From IMG/VR virus record IMGVR_UViG_3300022752_000019, positions 100,604 to 164,603 of that record: 64,000 nucleotides of DNA, one strand, 5' to 3'. Position numbers and translations under genes: made by a program. This document shows positions 39,476-48,485 of this stretch, piece after piece. Every line of letters starts with the position of its first letter. The stretch's first letter is position 1. The notes beneath the pieces are model-generated. The model made no database searches. It had not been told where the DNA came from and saw nothing but the letters and a program-made list of their open reading frames with translations. This DNA comes from a virus.

Positions 39476-39680
39476 TCAGCTCGAGATCCGCCTCTACTCC
39501 AAGGAAGACAAGAACGGGGACGAGTACTTCATTGGAAGTACGGACATCCCTGCGATGGTCAACCTCGCCGACGTCACCTTCGTCTTCTTCCTCCCTCCCG
39601 AGGGAGAGACGAAAGGTGTTCTGAAGATCCGGTCTCGTCAGCCTCGCCCTGTGCAGTCTGACGACGGCCATCAGAGCTAA
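39468..39680 (+). CDS. Hypothetical protein
   Basis: Coupled ORF. Confidence 0.65.
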   Translation: MSNQLEIRLYSKEDKNGDEYFIGSTDIPAMVNLADVTFVFFLPPEGETKGVLKIRSRQPRPVQSDDGHQS

Positions 39681-39705
39681 GTACCGGGCGCGTAGCGCCC
39701 CTTGT

Positions 39706-39779
39706 TGGGGCGTCGACTAACGGCAAGTCACCGTGCTTTGAACTCGGCCATCAAGGTTCGAATCCTTGCGCCCCAACCA
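39706..39779 (+). tRNA. tRNA-Gln(UUG)
   Basis: Cloverleaf, anticodon TTG, GTTCGAATC T-loop, CCA end. Confidence 0.88.
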
Positions 39780-39826
39780 CTGTTCTTTGAAATTTAAGTA
39801 AAAACCTGACATAAGAACTACGGTGG

Positions 39827-39903
39827 CTCCTCGTAGCTCAGCTGGATAGAGCATCGGATTCCTAATCCGAAGGTCACAGGTTCGAATCCTGTCGAGGAGG
39901 CCA
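39827..39903 (+). tRNA. tRNA-Arg(CCU)
   Basis: TCGGA-TTCCTAA-TCCGA anticodon arm, CCA end. Confidence 0.93.
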
Positions 39904-39908
39904 TTTTT

Positions 39909-39984
39909 TCCGGCATAGCTCAGTTGGTAGAGCAACGGACTGTTAATCCGTGGGTCACTGGTTCGAGTCCAGTTGCCGGAGCCA
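39909..39984 (+). tRNA. tRNA-Asn(GUU)
   Basis: ACGGA-CTGTTAA-TCCGT, CCA end. Confidence 0.95.
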
Positions 39985-39987
39985 TTC

Positions 39988-40247
39988 ATGACGTTCCCCG
40001 CAGAGGGCCGGTCGTCCTCCCGCCGCTGATGCGGACTGTTAGCCGTCCCTGTAGACGCTAAATGGCAGCGGAAGACCCAATCCGACAACAACGAAGTCCG
40101 AATCGCCTTTCCTCGGTCACGGAGAGGCTACTTGTTGCACCGTGAGTACACAAAAAACGGCGCCGCCCCCAGCGAACTGATGCAAGGGCCCTTGCATCTA
40201 TGGGAGGGCTGACCACCCTGGCCGCCTGGAAACGGCTAAACGGTCAT
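39988..40247 (+). ncRNA. Putative structured ncRNA between tRNAs
   Basis: Nested end-to-end pairings and internal hairpins; no credible ORF. Confidence 0.5.
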
Positions 40248-40250
40248 CAT

Positions 40251-40326
40251 GGGGACATAGCTCAGTTGGGAGAGCACCTGCTTTGCACGCAGGGGGTCAC
40301 GGGTTCGAGTCCCGTTGTCTCCACCA
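40251..40326 (+). tRNA. tRNA-Ala(UGC)
   Basis: CCTGC-TTTGCAC-GCAGG, G3:U70 pair, CCA end. Confidence 0.95.
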
Positions 40327-40476
40327 CGCCTTCCCGCAAGGGAAGTGGTGGAGGGTGAACAGGAAACTGTTCGCCCCTGGGTCAACCTGGACCCCCGTAC
40401 AGAGATGTATGGAAACAGGTCGTTCTGCTGCCTACGCCCGCCGGGCAGTACGAACGTAGAATCGGCGGGCACCCTT

Positions 40477-40898
40477 GGGGCCGACAGGTTTCGACGGGGT
40501 ATTGGATAGGGATTCGGCGTCGCGGCGTGGCTACCGGCTTGACGGTGGCGCAGAGACAACTGCGAACAACACCAACGCTTTCGCCCCGGTCGCTCTCGCG
40601 GCCTGAGTGAAAGTCTGGGGACTACGTGAGCCCCAGCGTCAGGAGTGAGAGCTGACTCAGCTCATTCTTGGCGTATCCTCTGAGTCCTGGGAGTGTGGGG
40701 GAAGTCATAGCGCCTCCTCATTCAGCATTGAGCAACCAATGCAGCCAGCCGGAGTACAAGCCATCCGGGGCAAAAGAACGTGCGACACCTCGGAAAGACG
40801 GAGGACACCCGGCCCGCTGGGTTAAGCACGGGCAGGCGACGTAACTGATGAACTCAAAGATGCTTCGGACGTGGGTTCGATTCCCACCGGCTCCACCA
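40477..40898 (+). ncRNA. ssrA: tmRNA; tag peptide ANNTNAFAPVALAA (40562-40606)
   Basis: 5' GGGGCCGA..TTCGAC, 3' GGGTTCGATTCCCACCGGCTCCACCA, internal tag ending ALAA-stop. Confidence 0.95.
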
Positions 40899-40920
40899 TC
40901 TTGTACAATGACTTGCGGAG

Positions 40921-41361
40921 ATGAATACGATGAATTCGGACCGTAAGAAGACTGAGAAGCAGATCCGTGCGGCGGTGAAGGACTTCTCCCGTGCCCACGG
41001 GATTGACCCGAAGAAGTCCGTGCTCATCGGCGGTGCCGCCATGTATGTACACGGACTGCGCGATGACATCAACGACGTGGACTTCCTCAACCCCGACCTG
41101 CCCGACTTCACGAAGTCGGTTCATCGAGGATTCGAGCTGGACGCGGGCCCCGGTTCGCACATGCCGGGAAGGGCCGGAGAGAGCGTCAAGATCCGCGGGA
41201 TGCAGGTTCAGTCGCTGCCCGGCCTTCTGGACTTCTACCAGAGCCTGAATCGGCCGAAGGATCAGCCGCGGATTGCGCGGTTGAAGGAGGTACTCAAGCA
41301 GGCGTCCGTCCTCGATTCGGACATGCTGCACTTCTTCGGAGATGAGCTTTTGGGACGGTAG
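40921..41361 (+). CDS. Minimal nucleotidyltransferase
   Basis: VLIGGAAMYVHGLR..INDVDF..RPKD; C-terminal LKQAS tail. Confidence 0.75.
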   Translation: MNTMNSDRKKTEKQIRAAVKDFSRAHGIDPKKSVLIGGAAMYVHGLRDDINDVDFLNPDLPDFTKSVHRGFELDAGPGSHMPGRAGESVKIRGMQVQSLPGLLDFYQSLNRPKDQPRIARLKEVLKQASVLDSDMLHFFGDELLGR

Positions 41362-41425
41362 CTCAGTTGGTCAGAGCACCTGGCTCATAACCAGAGGGCC
41401 GTGGGTTCAAGTCCCGCCCGTCCTA
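41352..41425 (+). tRNA. tRNA-Met/Ile2(CAU)
   Basis: CTGG-CTCATAA-CCAG; no encoded CCA. Confidence 0.85.
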
Positions 41426-41428
41426 CTT

Positions 41429-41511
41429 GCGAGCGTGGCGGAACTGGCAGACGCGCCGGACTTAGGATCCGGTGGGTAACCGTGAGGGTTCGACTCCCTC
41501 CGCTCGCACCA
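41429..41511 (+). tRNA. tRNA-Leu(UAG)
   Basis: CCGGA-CTTAGGA-TCCGG, variable arm, CCA end. Confidence 0.93.
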
Positions 41512-41604
41512 TTTCCCATCCAAGTGACTTGGTTGGGACCGCGACACCTGCGGGGCAAGTGGCCATAGCCAGTGGTGTGACCGCACGGAGAGAACGTGCT
41601 CTAC

Positions 41605-41680
41605 GCTGGAGTAGCTCAGTTGGCAGAGCAACGGTTTTGTAAACCGTAGGCCGTGGGTTCAAGTCCCACCTCCAGCACCA
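41605..41680 (+). tRNA. tRNA-Thr(UGU)
   Basis: ACGGT-TTTGTAA-ACCGT, CCA end. Confidence 0.95.
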
Positions 41681-41697
41681 CCTCTACGGGAAAATCC

Positions 41698-42255
41698 ATG
41701 ACCAAACTTGACCTTCTTCCTCCGCCCAATCTTGGGCGTCTCCTCTCGAGAATGCGGCCTTCGACCCTCCTCTTGGCTTTCTGTGACTTTGCAGAAGGTT
41801 TCTTGCAAGAAGAAACCCCAGGCAGGCTCCCTCGGAGGTGGAACGGGCCGCGTTCGAGAGTCGGAGCTGGCCTGTGGGTTCGGCTGCGCGTGGGGCTGAC
41901 GTTCTACGGCGGGCTCAAAAACACTCCGAAGGAGCAAGACACCCCTGACCGCTACCCGAAGGGCGTCAAAGCCCTCGTAGAGCAAGAACGCGCGCGCGTT
42001 CTCCACACGATTGACCTCATTCGAGGAGAAAAGTGGGCCACCTACATCGAGGAGGAGTACGAGGCAGCGTTTGACCGTTGCGCGAAGTTGTGCGCGGCGG
42101 TTCGGCTTGGGCATTGGCCGGGGCCGAACAACCCGATTGTCTTCTCCCGAGAGGACGTCGAGAAGACGATGCTCCACTCGAAGGAGGGAGAGGTTGGAGT
42201 CGTTGACTTCGGCCACATTTACCGAGTGCTGCTCAGCCAGGCTGAGCCCGAGTAG
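41698..42255 (+). CDS. Hypothetical protein
   Basis: 185-aa ORF within the tRNA cluster. Confidence 0.6.
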   Translation: MTKLDLLPPPNLGRLLSRMRPSTLLLAFCDFAEGFLQEETPGRLPRRWNGPRSRVGAGLWVRLRVGLTFYGGLKNTPKEQDTPDRYPKGVKALVEQERARVLHTIDLIRGEKWATYIEEEYEAAFDRCAKLCAAVRLGHWPGPNNPIVFSREDVEKTMLHSKEGEVGVVDFGHIYRVLLSQAEPE

Positions 42256-42441
42256 ACGCTTTGGGCGCGCGCCCGGAGACCGAATAAACAAGCCTACAGA
42301 TTCCTGTGGGAGCGGAACCTTCTTAGGTTCCTGCGGGGGACAGTCGCAGAGCCCATATGGAACAACCCCCCAAATGTGACGGCGTTGGGCAGGCTTGACC
42401 GGCCTCATTCCAGGGGAAGTTCCTGGAAGAAAAGGTCACAT

Positions 42442-42518
42442 CGGAGAGTAGCGCAGTCTGGTAGCGCACCTGCCTTGGGCGCAGGGGGTCGCAGGTTCGA
42501 ATCCTGTCTCTCCGACCA
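42442..42518 (+). tRNA. tRNA-Pro(UGG)
   Basis: CCTGC-CTTGGGC-GCAGG, CCA end. Confidence 0.95.
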
Positions 42519-42519
42519 T

Positions 42520-42595
42520 CTCTCGATAGCTCAGTGGATAGAGCGCCGGTTTTCTAAACCGATGGTCGCAGGTTCGAGTCCTGCTCGAGAGACCA
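42520..42595 (+). tRNA. tRNA-Arg(UCU)
   Basis: CGGT-TTTCTAA-ACCG, CCA end. Confidence 0.92.
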
Positions 42596-42764
42596 CTTTA
42601 AAGGGGGAGGCACCTCCAGGGCGATTTTCCAAACCTTCGGCTAACCCGAAAAGAGCTTACTCTCCTCCCCGCCGCCATCGGTATACATGGGGTAAGCATC
42701 AAGGAACGTGTCCGTCACCGCGCGAAAGAAACCACAGAAACGGTGGGATCAGGTGACATCTTTC

Positions 42765-42840
42765 GGGTCGCTAACTCAGTTGGTAGAGTACCGGCCTTTT
42801 AAGCCGAGGGTCGTGGGTTCGAGTCCCACGCGACCCACCA
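42765..42840 (+). tRNA. tRNA-Lys(UUU)
   Basis: CGGC-CTTTTAA-GCCG, CCA end. Confidence 0.94.
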
Positions 42841-42841
42841 C

Positions 42842-42927
42842 TCCTGGATGGTGGAACGGTAGACACAGGGACCTTAAAAGTCCCTTCCCGATTGGGAGTG
42901 CCGGTTCGAGTCCGGTTCCAGGAACCA
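42842..42927 (+). tRNA. tRNA-Leu(UAA)
   Basis: GGGAC-CTTAAAA-GTCCC, variable arm, CCA end. Confidence 0.9.
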
Positions 42928-42971
42928 AAAATGAGTAGAAAGCGTCATAAGGCAAGTGGAGGGACTCATAG

Positions 42972-43199
42972 ATGAAGATGCTTCAGGTTCATGTCATCGC
43001 GAAGTTGGATGACGGGGATTTCGGATACTATCCGGTCGTCCTGCCGCCCAACCTCATCGACACGGCGAAGACCTCGGCCAGCATGGACGGGGGAACGACC
43101 CTCGTCCTGGTCAACGGGAACACCCTCTGGGTCGACGAGCCCTGGTCGGACATCATGGAGGACTGCGGACTCGATCCGTACGCCATCATGGAAGAGTAG
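42972..43199 (+). CDS. Hypothetical protein
   Basis: RBS GGAGG, promoter motif at 42944. Confidence 0.65.
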   Translation: MKMLQVHVIAKLDDGDFGYYPVVLPPNLIDTAKTSASMDGGTTLVLVNGNTLWVDEPWSDIMEDCGLDPYAIMEE

Positions 43200-43214
43200 T
43201 AGAAGTAGATACAG

Positions 43215-43304
43215 GGAAGTGTGGCCGAGCGGCTTAAGGCTCCGGTCTTGAAAACCGGCGTCCCCGAAAGGGGACCGTGGGTTCGAATCCCACCGCTTCC
43301 TCCA
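43215..43304 (+). tRNA. tRNA-Ser(UGA)
   Basis: CCGGT-CTTGAAA-ACCGG, long variable arm, CCA end. Confidence 0.95.
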
Positions 43305-43321
43305 CCTCTTAGGAGAGAAAG

Positions 43322-43612
43322 ATGAAGGACAGCACCAAGGGCCGCGAGGCCCGCAAGAACCAGCAGCTGCGTCGCGCCCGCAAGGCGTTGCGTCACGCCG
43401 AGAAGCGCAAGGCCAGCCGTGTCGTCGTGGGTCGGATCAAGGACCACATCGCCGCCGTCGAGGCGGGCAAGGCCCCGGGCCCCAACTTCGATCGCAAGGG
43501 TCGCCGGGACGCAGCCCTCGCTGCGGCTGAGAAGTCCAAGGAGGCGCGGCGTGCCGCGCAGGCTCCCATCGTCGTCCAGGCAGCGGATGGCAAGATCTCG
43601 GAAGTGAAGTGA
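43322..43612 (+). CDS. Small basic protein
   Basis: RBS AGGAG; K/R/A-rich; strong codon bias. Confidence 0.7.
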   Translation: MKDSTKGREARKNQQLRRARKALRHAEKRKASRVVVGRIKDHIAAVEAGKAPGPNFDRKGRRDAALAAAEKSKEARRAAQAPIVVQAADGKISEVK

Positions 43613-43618
43613 TTCTAT

Positions 43619-43693
43619 AGCCGCATAGCTCAGCGGGAGAGCGGCGCCTTTACACGGCGCGGGTCGGGGGTTCGAATCCCTCTGCGGCTACCA
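43619..43693 (+). tRNA. tRNA-Val(UAC)
   Basis: GCGCC-TTTACAC-GGCGC, CCA end. Confidence 0.93.
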
Positions 43694-43783
43694 TTACCTT
43701 CCGGGGTGTCAGGAGAACCGGGCCTGGGGATGAGCAGTGACGCGAGAGTCCTCTCAAGTGGGGTGGCTGAAGCCCCACACTTT

Positions 43784-43859
<76 letters not shown>

Positions 43860-43917
43860 TCTTGTACGCGAAGGTGCCCATGATCTTTCTTTTCGCTGCG
43901 TTTAACCGGAGGTAATC

Positions 43918-44451
43918 ATGCAGGTTGCTGATTATAAGTGTACGATGGATGCTATTCAAAGCACCAGGAGAGCACTGGAAGATCTGGAAGGGCGTCTCTC
44001 CCGAGTCAAGGCATACCTCGACGACAAGGGCGACATTGTCGCGGTGGTCGACGGCCCCTCAGTCACCTTCCGAGACACGGAGGTCTCGTTCGACCTCCTA
44101 CGCCGCGTCTACCACGGAATGCTGCCGGAGGACACGTCCGAGGCGCGGACGGAGAAACCTCCCGCAAAGACCGAGAAGGTCGCGGAGTCCTTCATCAACG
44201 ACCCGATCTCAGATCTGCTGTTCGCACGGGAGTGGGCCGCCAAGTGGGTCCAGCCCGACCGCAAACTGCGATTCAGCGATCCCTCCGGGGATCCCGCACA
44301 GCAGTACACCATCCCGATCACATCTGGATGGATGGAGCGGCAAAAGGTCAGCCGCTTGTCTGCGAACCAAAAGGTGACGCAGGTGGCCGTGCTCAGTCCG
44401 TACGGTGTCGTACTCGCGTCCGCCAAGTTCGGCGGCAAAAAGAAGGCGTGA
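43918..44451 (+). CDS. Hypothetical protein
   Basis: RBS GGAGGT. Confidence 0.7.
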   Translation: MQVADYKCTMDAIQSTRRALEDLEGRLSRVKAYLDDKGDIVAVVDGPSVTFRDTEVSFDLLRRVYHGMLPEDTSEARTEKPPAKTEKVAESFINDPISDLLFAREWAAKWVQPDRKLRFSDPSGDPAQQYTIPITSGWMERQKVSRLSANQKVTQVAVLSPYGVVLASAKFGGKKKA

Positions 44452-44501
44452 ATAAGGTGGCAGATTCCGATCCGGGATCTGTCACTTTTTTAGCACATAG
44501 A

Positions 44502-44732
44502 TCACGCCTCGATTCGAATGGGCGGGACCATGAACTGGGGGATGTCTTCTTCCTCGCCGCGTGATGCGGTGTAGTTCATCAGCACCATGATGACTTCCAA
44601 AAGCGCCTCGTCATGTACGACGATAACGGCGGATTCTCCTGACTTGCCAACGTAGAAGACCGCGTCGTCCTCCTCGTGGTAGTCCAGCAACATGCTTACT
44701 GCATCCAAGGTCTTCTTAGTCGGGCGTGCCAT
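44502..44732 (-). CDS. Hypothetical protein
   Basis: ORF converging on the hairpin at 44456-44486. Confidence 0.6.
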   Translation of the reverse strand: MARPTKKTLDAVSMLLDYHEEDDAVFYVGKSGESAVIVVHDEALLEVIMVLMNYTASRGEEEDIPQFMVPPIRIEA

Positions 44733-45015
44733 GTTCACCCTTCGAAACAGTCAGATGGATTGCAAGGTCCAGCTCGTCGAGGATCTTCTGCTCGACGGAT
44801 AGATGTCTAAGCGCAGACCTCGCCGCCATCGCGCGCGCGACCATCTGGACTTTCCTTTCGTAGTCAGTCTCTTGTTTCGCAAGAAGCATGAAGCTCACAT
44901 ACCGCTTTGCCCACCTCTGCACAGCGCGCGACTCGTAAACTTCAGGATCGCGCGCAAGTAACGGGGCTAAGATGGCGGCAGTCACTTGAACAATCGGGCG
45001 AAGCAATCCTATCAC
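44716..45015 (-). CDS. Hypothetical protein
   Basis: ORF; start uncertain. Confidence 0.5.
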   Translation of the reverse strand: MIGLLRPIVQVTAAILAPLLARDPEVYESRAVQRWAKRYVSFMLLAKQETDYERKVQMVARAMAARSALRHLSVEQKILDELDLAIHLTVSKGEHGTPD

Positions 45016-45069
45016 GGAGTTCTCCAGCTAAAAGAAAGGGCGCCCTTCGGCAGAAGAGCGCCCTTCTTT

Positions 45070-45582
45070 TTAGCACACAATGTAGGGCAGGGTTCGGTAC
45101 TCGTGGAACCACTGCGGAACACAATCTTTCGGGTAGCGGATGTTGGGCTTGGACGCATAGTACCTGCGGTAGCTATCTACGATCGTTCTGCCCTTGTATT
45201 CCTCCGGCATGCAAAGCGGTAGAGGTGTGCTGGCACTCAGGTCAAATCGACTCGGGTCGAAGATGTCTGCGCAGCGATCCAAGACCGACTGACACTTGTG
45301 CGGGCGACGAAACCTGCGCGAGAACTCCGCAATCATCTCTTCGCAGTGCGTAGCAAGTGCCGCCCAGTTGTCGGAACTTGCGCTGGCCCAAAGCGTCGAC
45401 GGATGTTTGTGGTGGCAGCTTTTGAACGGCGCCACCTGAAAGCCGTGCTGAGCGTTGAGCACGGTACACAACATCTGGCATGACTCGAGGATCATCTTGT
45501 TGACACGAAGATTGTCCTGGCTCCGTGCCGATGCCTCCCAATCAATCTCGTTTCCAACTCCCTCAATGGCAAAGATATTCAT
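45070..45582 (-). CDS. Pyrimidine-dimer DNA glycosylase/endonuclease V-like protein
   Basis: MNIF..KMILESCQML..HPSTLWA..PLCMP..YRRYY pattern. Confidence 0.75.
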   Translation of the reverse strand: MNIFAIEGVGNEIDWEASARSQDNLRVNKMILESCQMLCTVLNAQHGFQVAPFKSCHHKHPSTLWASASSDNWAALATHCEEMIAEFSRRFRRPHKCQSVLDRCADIFDPSRFDLSASTPLPLCMPEEYKGRTIVDSYRRYYASKPNIRYPKDCVPQWFHEYRTLPYIVC

Positions 45583-45598
45583 AGTCCCTCCGAGGGAC

Positions 45599-45886
45599 TT
45601 ATGACGCCTTCTCGCGCTCCTCTGCACGAAGGAGCTGAGACTCAATCAGCGCCAGTCGCTTATCGAGAGAGCCGAGTGCGCGCGCAATCGACTTGGCTTC
45701 CTCTTGCTGATTCTGGATCAACATGTCAATTTGGGCAAGGTGGCGGTCGCCGAATCGCTCGATTAGCGGTACGACGTGGTTGACAACGATCCACCCCGAC
45801 CCGAGAACGACGATGAGAAGAACCAGGACTGCCGCACCCGGGCCCGCCAAATAGGGGGCAAGGATGGAAACGGTTTCGCTGCTCAT
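45599..45886 (-). CDS. Holin-like membrane protein
   Basis: One long transmembrane segment followed by a coiled coil; near the endolysin. Confidence 0.5.
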   Translation of the reverse strand: MSSETVSILAPYLAGPGAAVLVLLIVVLGSGWIVVNHVVPLIERFGDRHLAQIDMLIQNQQEEAKSIARALGSLDKRLALIESQLLRAEEREKAS

Positions 45887-45995
45887 CTGGACGCCCTCGT
45901 AAGTAGTACACTGAGCCTGTTATAGTAGAGAACCTCGATCCTGTCCACCTCCGCAACAAGTCCGTACCGCTGGGAATAGGGCTCCAACAACGCTG

Positions 45996-46223
45996 GTGAA
46001 TGCTGAAATGGAATGTCCGCAGTGCCTCGGCAAAACTCGCGTGCTTGAGACTCGTAAGGGCGAGACATACAGCGCGTGGGTCAATCGGTTTCGAGAAGAT
46101 TGGCCTGATCTCGTCTACCGTCGTCGCCAGTGCTTCAAGTGCGACTTCAAGTTTGGCACGGTAGAACTGCCGATTGAGGACGTAAAAGAGATCGCAAAAG
46201 GGCCGTCCACGGACGGGAGCTAA
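45996..46223 (+). CDS. NrdR N-terminal-like Zn-ribbon protein
   Basis: CPQC..TRVLETR..RRRQC..C..KFGTVE. Confidence 0.7.
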   Translation: MNAEMECPQCLGKTRVLETRKGETYSAWVNRFREDWPDLVYRRRQCFKCDFKFGTVELPIEDVKEIAKGPSTDGS

Positions 46224-46249
46224 GAAGGGCCGTAGCCCAGAAGCCCCGC

Positions 46250-46408
46250 CTATTGGCGGGGCTTCTGGAACCACGGGCCGATGGAGGCGATCATCGCCCC
46301 CATCGCGGCTCCTCCAAGGGGACCGACGTTGCACCAAGGTGCGACGTCGCTGAACATGGCGGCAAAGCCGCCGAGGGCAATAAGCCCTCCCAGAATGTAG
46401 AACATCAT
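46250..46408 (-). CDS. Small two-transmembrane protein
   Basis: RBS GGAGG, own promoter at 46460-46486. Confidence 0.6.
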   Translation of the reverse strand: MMFYILGGLIALGGFAAMFSDVAPWCNVGPLGGAAMGAMIASIGPWFQKPRQ

Positions 46409-46560
46409 GTTCCCTCCAGGAACAAGAAGAAACACCGGGATTGGCTTTCCTCTAACTCTATTATGACCCGAACTGTGTTCTTTTTCACAAGTTAATTTTT
46501 TAGTCACGACCACGGGGAGGGGCCCGAAGGCCCCTCCCCCAAGCGCAGTCGGTCTCCAGA

Positions 46561-46644
46561 TCAGTCGATCGAGAGGTCGATCCAGCAGCCGAGGTCGAAG
46601 AGGACATCGTCCCCCTCATCGACTCTACTGGTAGCGGCCGCCAT
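46561..46644 (-). CDS. 27-aa acidic peptide cassette
   Basis: Promoter 46711-46737, RBS GGAG, UUCG terminator 46514-46540. Confidence 0.45.
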   Translation of the reverse strand: MAAATSRVDEGDDVLFDLGCWIDLSID

Positions 46645-46741
46645 TTTGAACACTCCAACACCAGGCTGCCGCACGGGTGTGCAGCACAGTTATTTTCCTG
46701 GCTTATGTATATTATGACGTTTTTTACTGGATTTTTACGAC

Positions 46742-47023
46742 CTACGCCAATCGCAGATCGTAGTCATTCGCCATCGCAAACGCGAGGCCGTATGTGTCCA
46801 CCATCGGATCGGTGCCGGCGACAGTGGTGCGAAGCACTACCGCGCGCAAGATCCGCTCGCGCTCAGTTTCGGGAGCGCGGCGCCAGTACTCCTGCGCATA
46901 CTCAGGGAACCCCTGGAACGCGACGTAGCCGTAAAGAACCTCGGGCGGAGCCTGAAGCAGGCCCCCACTTTCGATCTTCTCCCACATGGAGTTGGGCAAC
47001 TCCATTTCAATCGTGATCAGCAT
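46742..47023 (-). CDS. Hypothetical protein
   Basis: RBS GGAGGT. Confidence 0.65.
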   Translation of the reverse strand: MLITIEMELPNSMWEKIESGGLLQAPPEVLYGYVAFQGFPEYAQEYWRRAPETERERILRAVVLRTTVAGTDPMVDTYGLAFAMANDYDLRLA

Positions 47024-47175
47024 GCTACCTCCCGTTCAAGTATATTGTGACCTCGTTCGTCCCATAATTTCGTGATAGGATGGAGGTCAGGAGATTCCAT
47101 GATCGAAGAAGTCCTTCGCGCGTTCGATGAGTTACTCAGGGCACAGAAGCGTAGATAGCACTTGATGGAGGTCCC

Positions 47176-47964
47176 GTGATCCCGCTCGTTTCCGTCCACG
47201 ACTCAGTCTTGTCTTCCTATGACACCGCTGGGAAGACAGGCGGCCCTCGCGCAAATCTGCGCCCGCTGTCGAAGCTGGGGAAGATTGGCGTCGCGCACCC
47301 CGGCGCGGCTTTGCAACTGAAAGTTCTCCACGATGCAGTGCTTGCTGCGGGAGGAGACTTTCGTGTGACCGAGTGCCATCGAGACTTCGCCACTCAGAAG
47401 GCAGCAAGGGACAAGTACGATGCCTGGGTGCGCGCAGGGAAGCCGAAGCCTGGATCTGCGCAGTTTGATGCGCGCACGATGAAGGCTGCCTTTGTCGCGG
47501 CACCCGGCCGATCGATGCACAACGCCGGTCGTGCGATCGACATCCATGTCGGCATGCTGAACTTCCCGGCAATCGCAAAAGACAAGCAGCTGGACAAGAT
47601 GTGGGAGATTGCCCGTCCGCTTGGCTGGGAGCCGGTCATTCGCTCAGCCGACGAGGGCGCATCTGAGGCGTGGCACTTTGATTGGTGGGGAGACCTCTCC
47701 GGTGTTCTTCGTCGTCTCGGCTACGAACAGGCGGCGCTGTGCGGTGCAATCCTCGTCGGTCATGGCGACCTGTCGAACTACGATGCCAAGGTTCAGGCGC
47801 TTCTCTCTCGCGCAGGCTACGACATCGGCAAGATCGATGGGGTTGCCGGCAGACAGACCCAAAACGCTCTCCAGCTTGCGCTGGGACGTTCGGACGTAGA
47901 CCGCGTTCTTCAGTCCAGAGATGAGGGTGTTCTGACCACGCTACTTGGTCTGAACGCAGGCTGA
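47176..47964 (+). CDS. Endolysin: M15 peptidase + C-terminal peptidoglycan-binding domain
   Basis: APGRSMHNAGRAIDI..EAWHF; VQALLSRAGY..DGVAG.QT.NAL. Confidence 0.85.
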   Translation: MIPLVSVHDSVLSSYDTAGKTGGPRANLRPLSKLGKIGVAHPGAALQLKVLHDAVLAAGGDFRVTECHRDFATQKAARDKYDAWVRAGKPKPGSAQFDARTMKAAFVAAPGRSMHNAGRAIDIHVGMLNFPAIAKDKQLDKMWEIARPLGWEPVIRSADEGASEAWHFDWWGDLSGVLRRLGYEQAALCGAILVGHGDLSNYDAKVQALLSRAGYDIGKIDGVAGRQTQNALQLALGRSDVDRVLQSRDEGVLTTLLGLNAG

Positions 47965-48174
47965 GTGTTCTTTCCTGAGAGTCTCCAACTCCTTCTCTAA
48001 GTAGGCGTTGCGGGCTCTCAGGATCTCTATCTCTGCCTGAAAAACCTCGATGATGGCGTCGTGATAATCCGCATGCGGCGCGGGACGTAAAGTCTCATAC
48101 TTATCGATGAGCGTCTTGACGGTCTCGACCTTACTCTCTTTTGCAAACGCGGCGACAAGCAGTAGCGCGATCAT
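47941..48174 (-). CDS. Small secreted/coiled-coil protein (possible spanin component)
   Basis: Short hydrophobic N-terminus; next to the lysis genes. Confidence 0.5.
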   Translation of the reverse strand: MIALLLVAAFAKESKVETVKTLIDKYETLRPAPHADYHDAIIEVFQAEIEILRARNAYLEKELETLRKEHSACVQTK

Positions 48175-48440
48175 CGGGTCTCCTTGCACTGGCTCAGTAC
48201 TTCCCGGCAGCCATCAGAGATCTGCTCCAATAGAATAACGCGATCGCTCAACACCTGAAGACGTGATTCCAGGTTGGTTGTGCGCTCCTTGAGCATGGCG
48301 TTTTCTACACGAAGCTGTGTCATCTCTTTGGGTTCGATTGTGAACCCCAATAACGTGCCAGTGCCCATCGCTCCCAGAAGGATCGTCAGCGAGGGGATTA
48401 GCATTTTCGGGTCTTTCAACGTTTTCGGATCCACGTACAT
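48171..48440 (-). CDS. Transmembrane + coiled-coil protein (possible spanin component)
   Basis: N-terminal transmembrane segment, then a periplasmic-type coiled coil with Cys. Confidence 0.55.
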   Translation of the reverse strand: MYVDPKTLKDPKMLIPSLTILLGAMGTGTLLGFTIEPKEMTQLRVENAMLKERTTNLESRLQVLSDRVILLEQISDGCREVLSQCKETR

Positions 48441-48485
48441 CTCCAATTTGGACGGTTTTGCGTCATAAGAACTGTGGAGGTGAGA

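Noticed and set aside
39985-40476. HDV-like (theta) or hammerhead ribozymes in tRNA trailers
   Set aside because: I could not assemble the P1/P3/L3 or CUGAUGA..GAAA cores by eye, so these are kept only as unclassified structured RNAs.
41429-43304. tRNAs with TAG, TAA or TGA as suppressors indicating genetic-code reassignment
   Set aside because: These are anticodons that read CUA, UUA and UCA. Genes terminate normally with all three stop codons.
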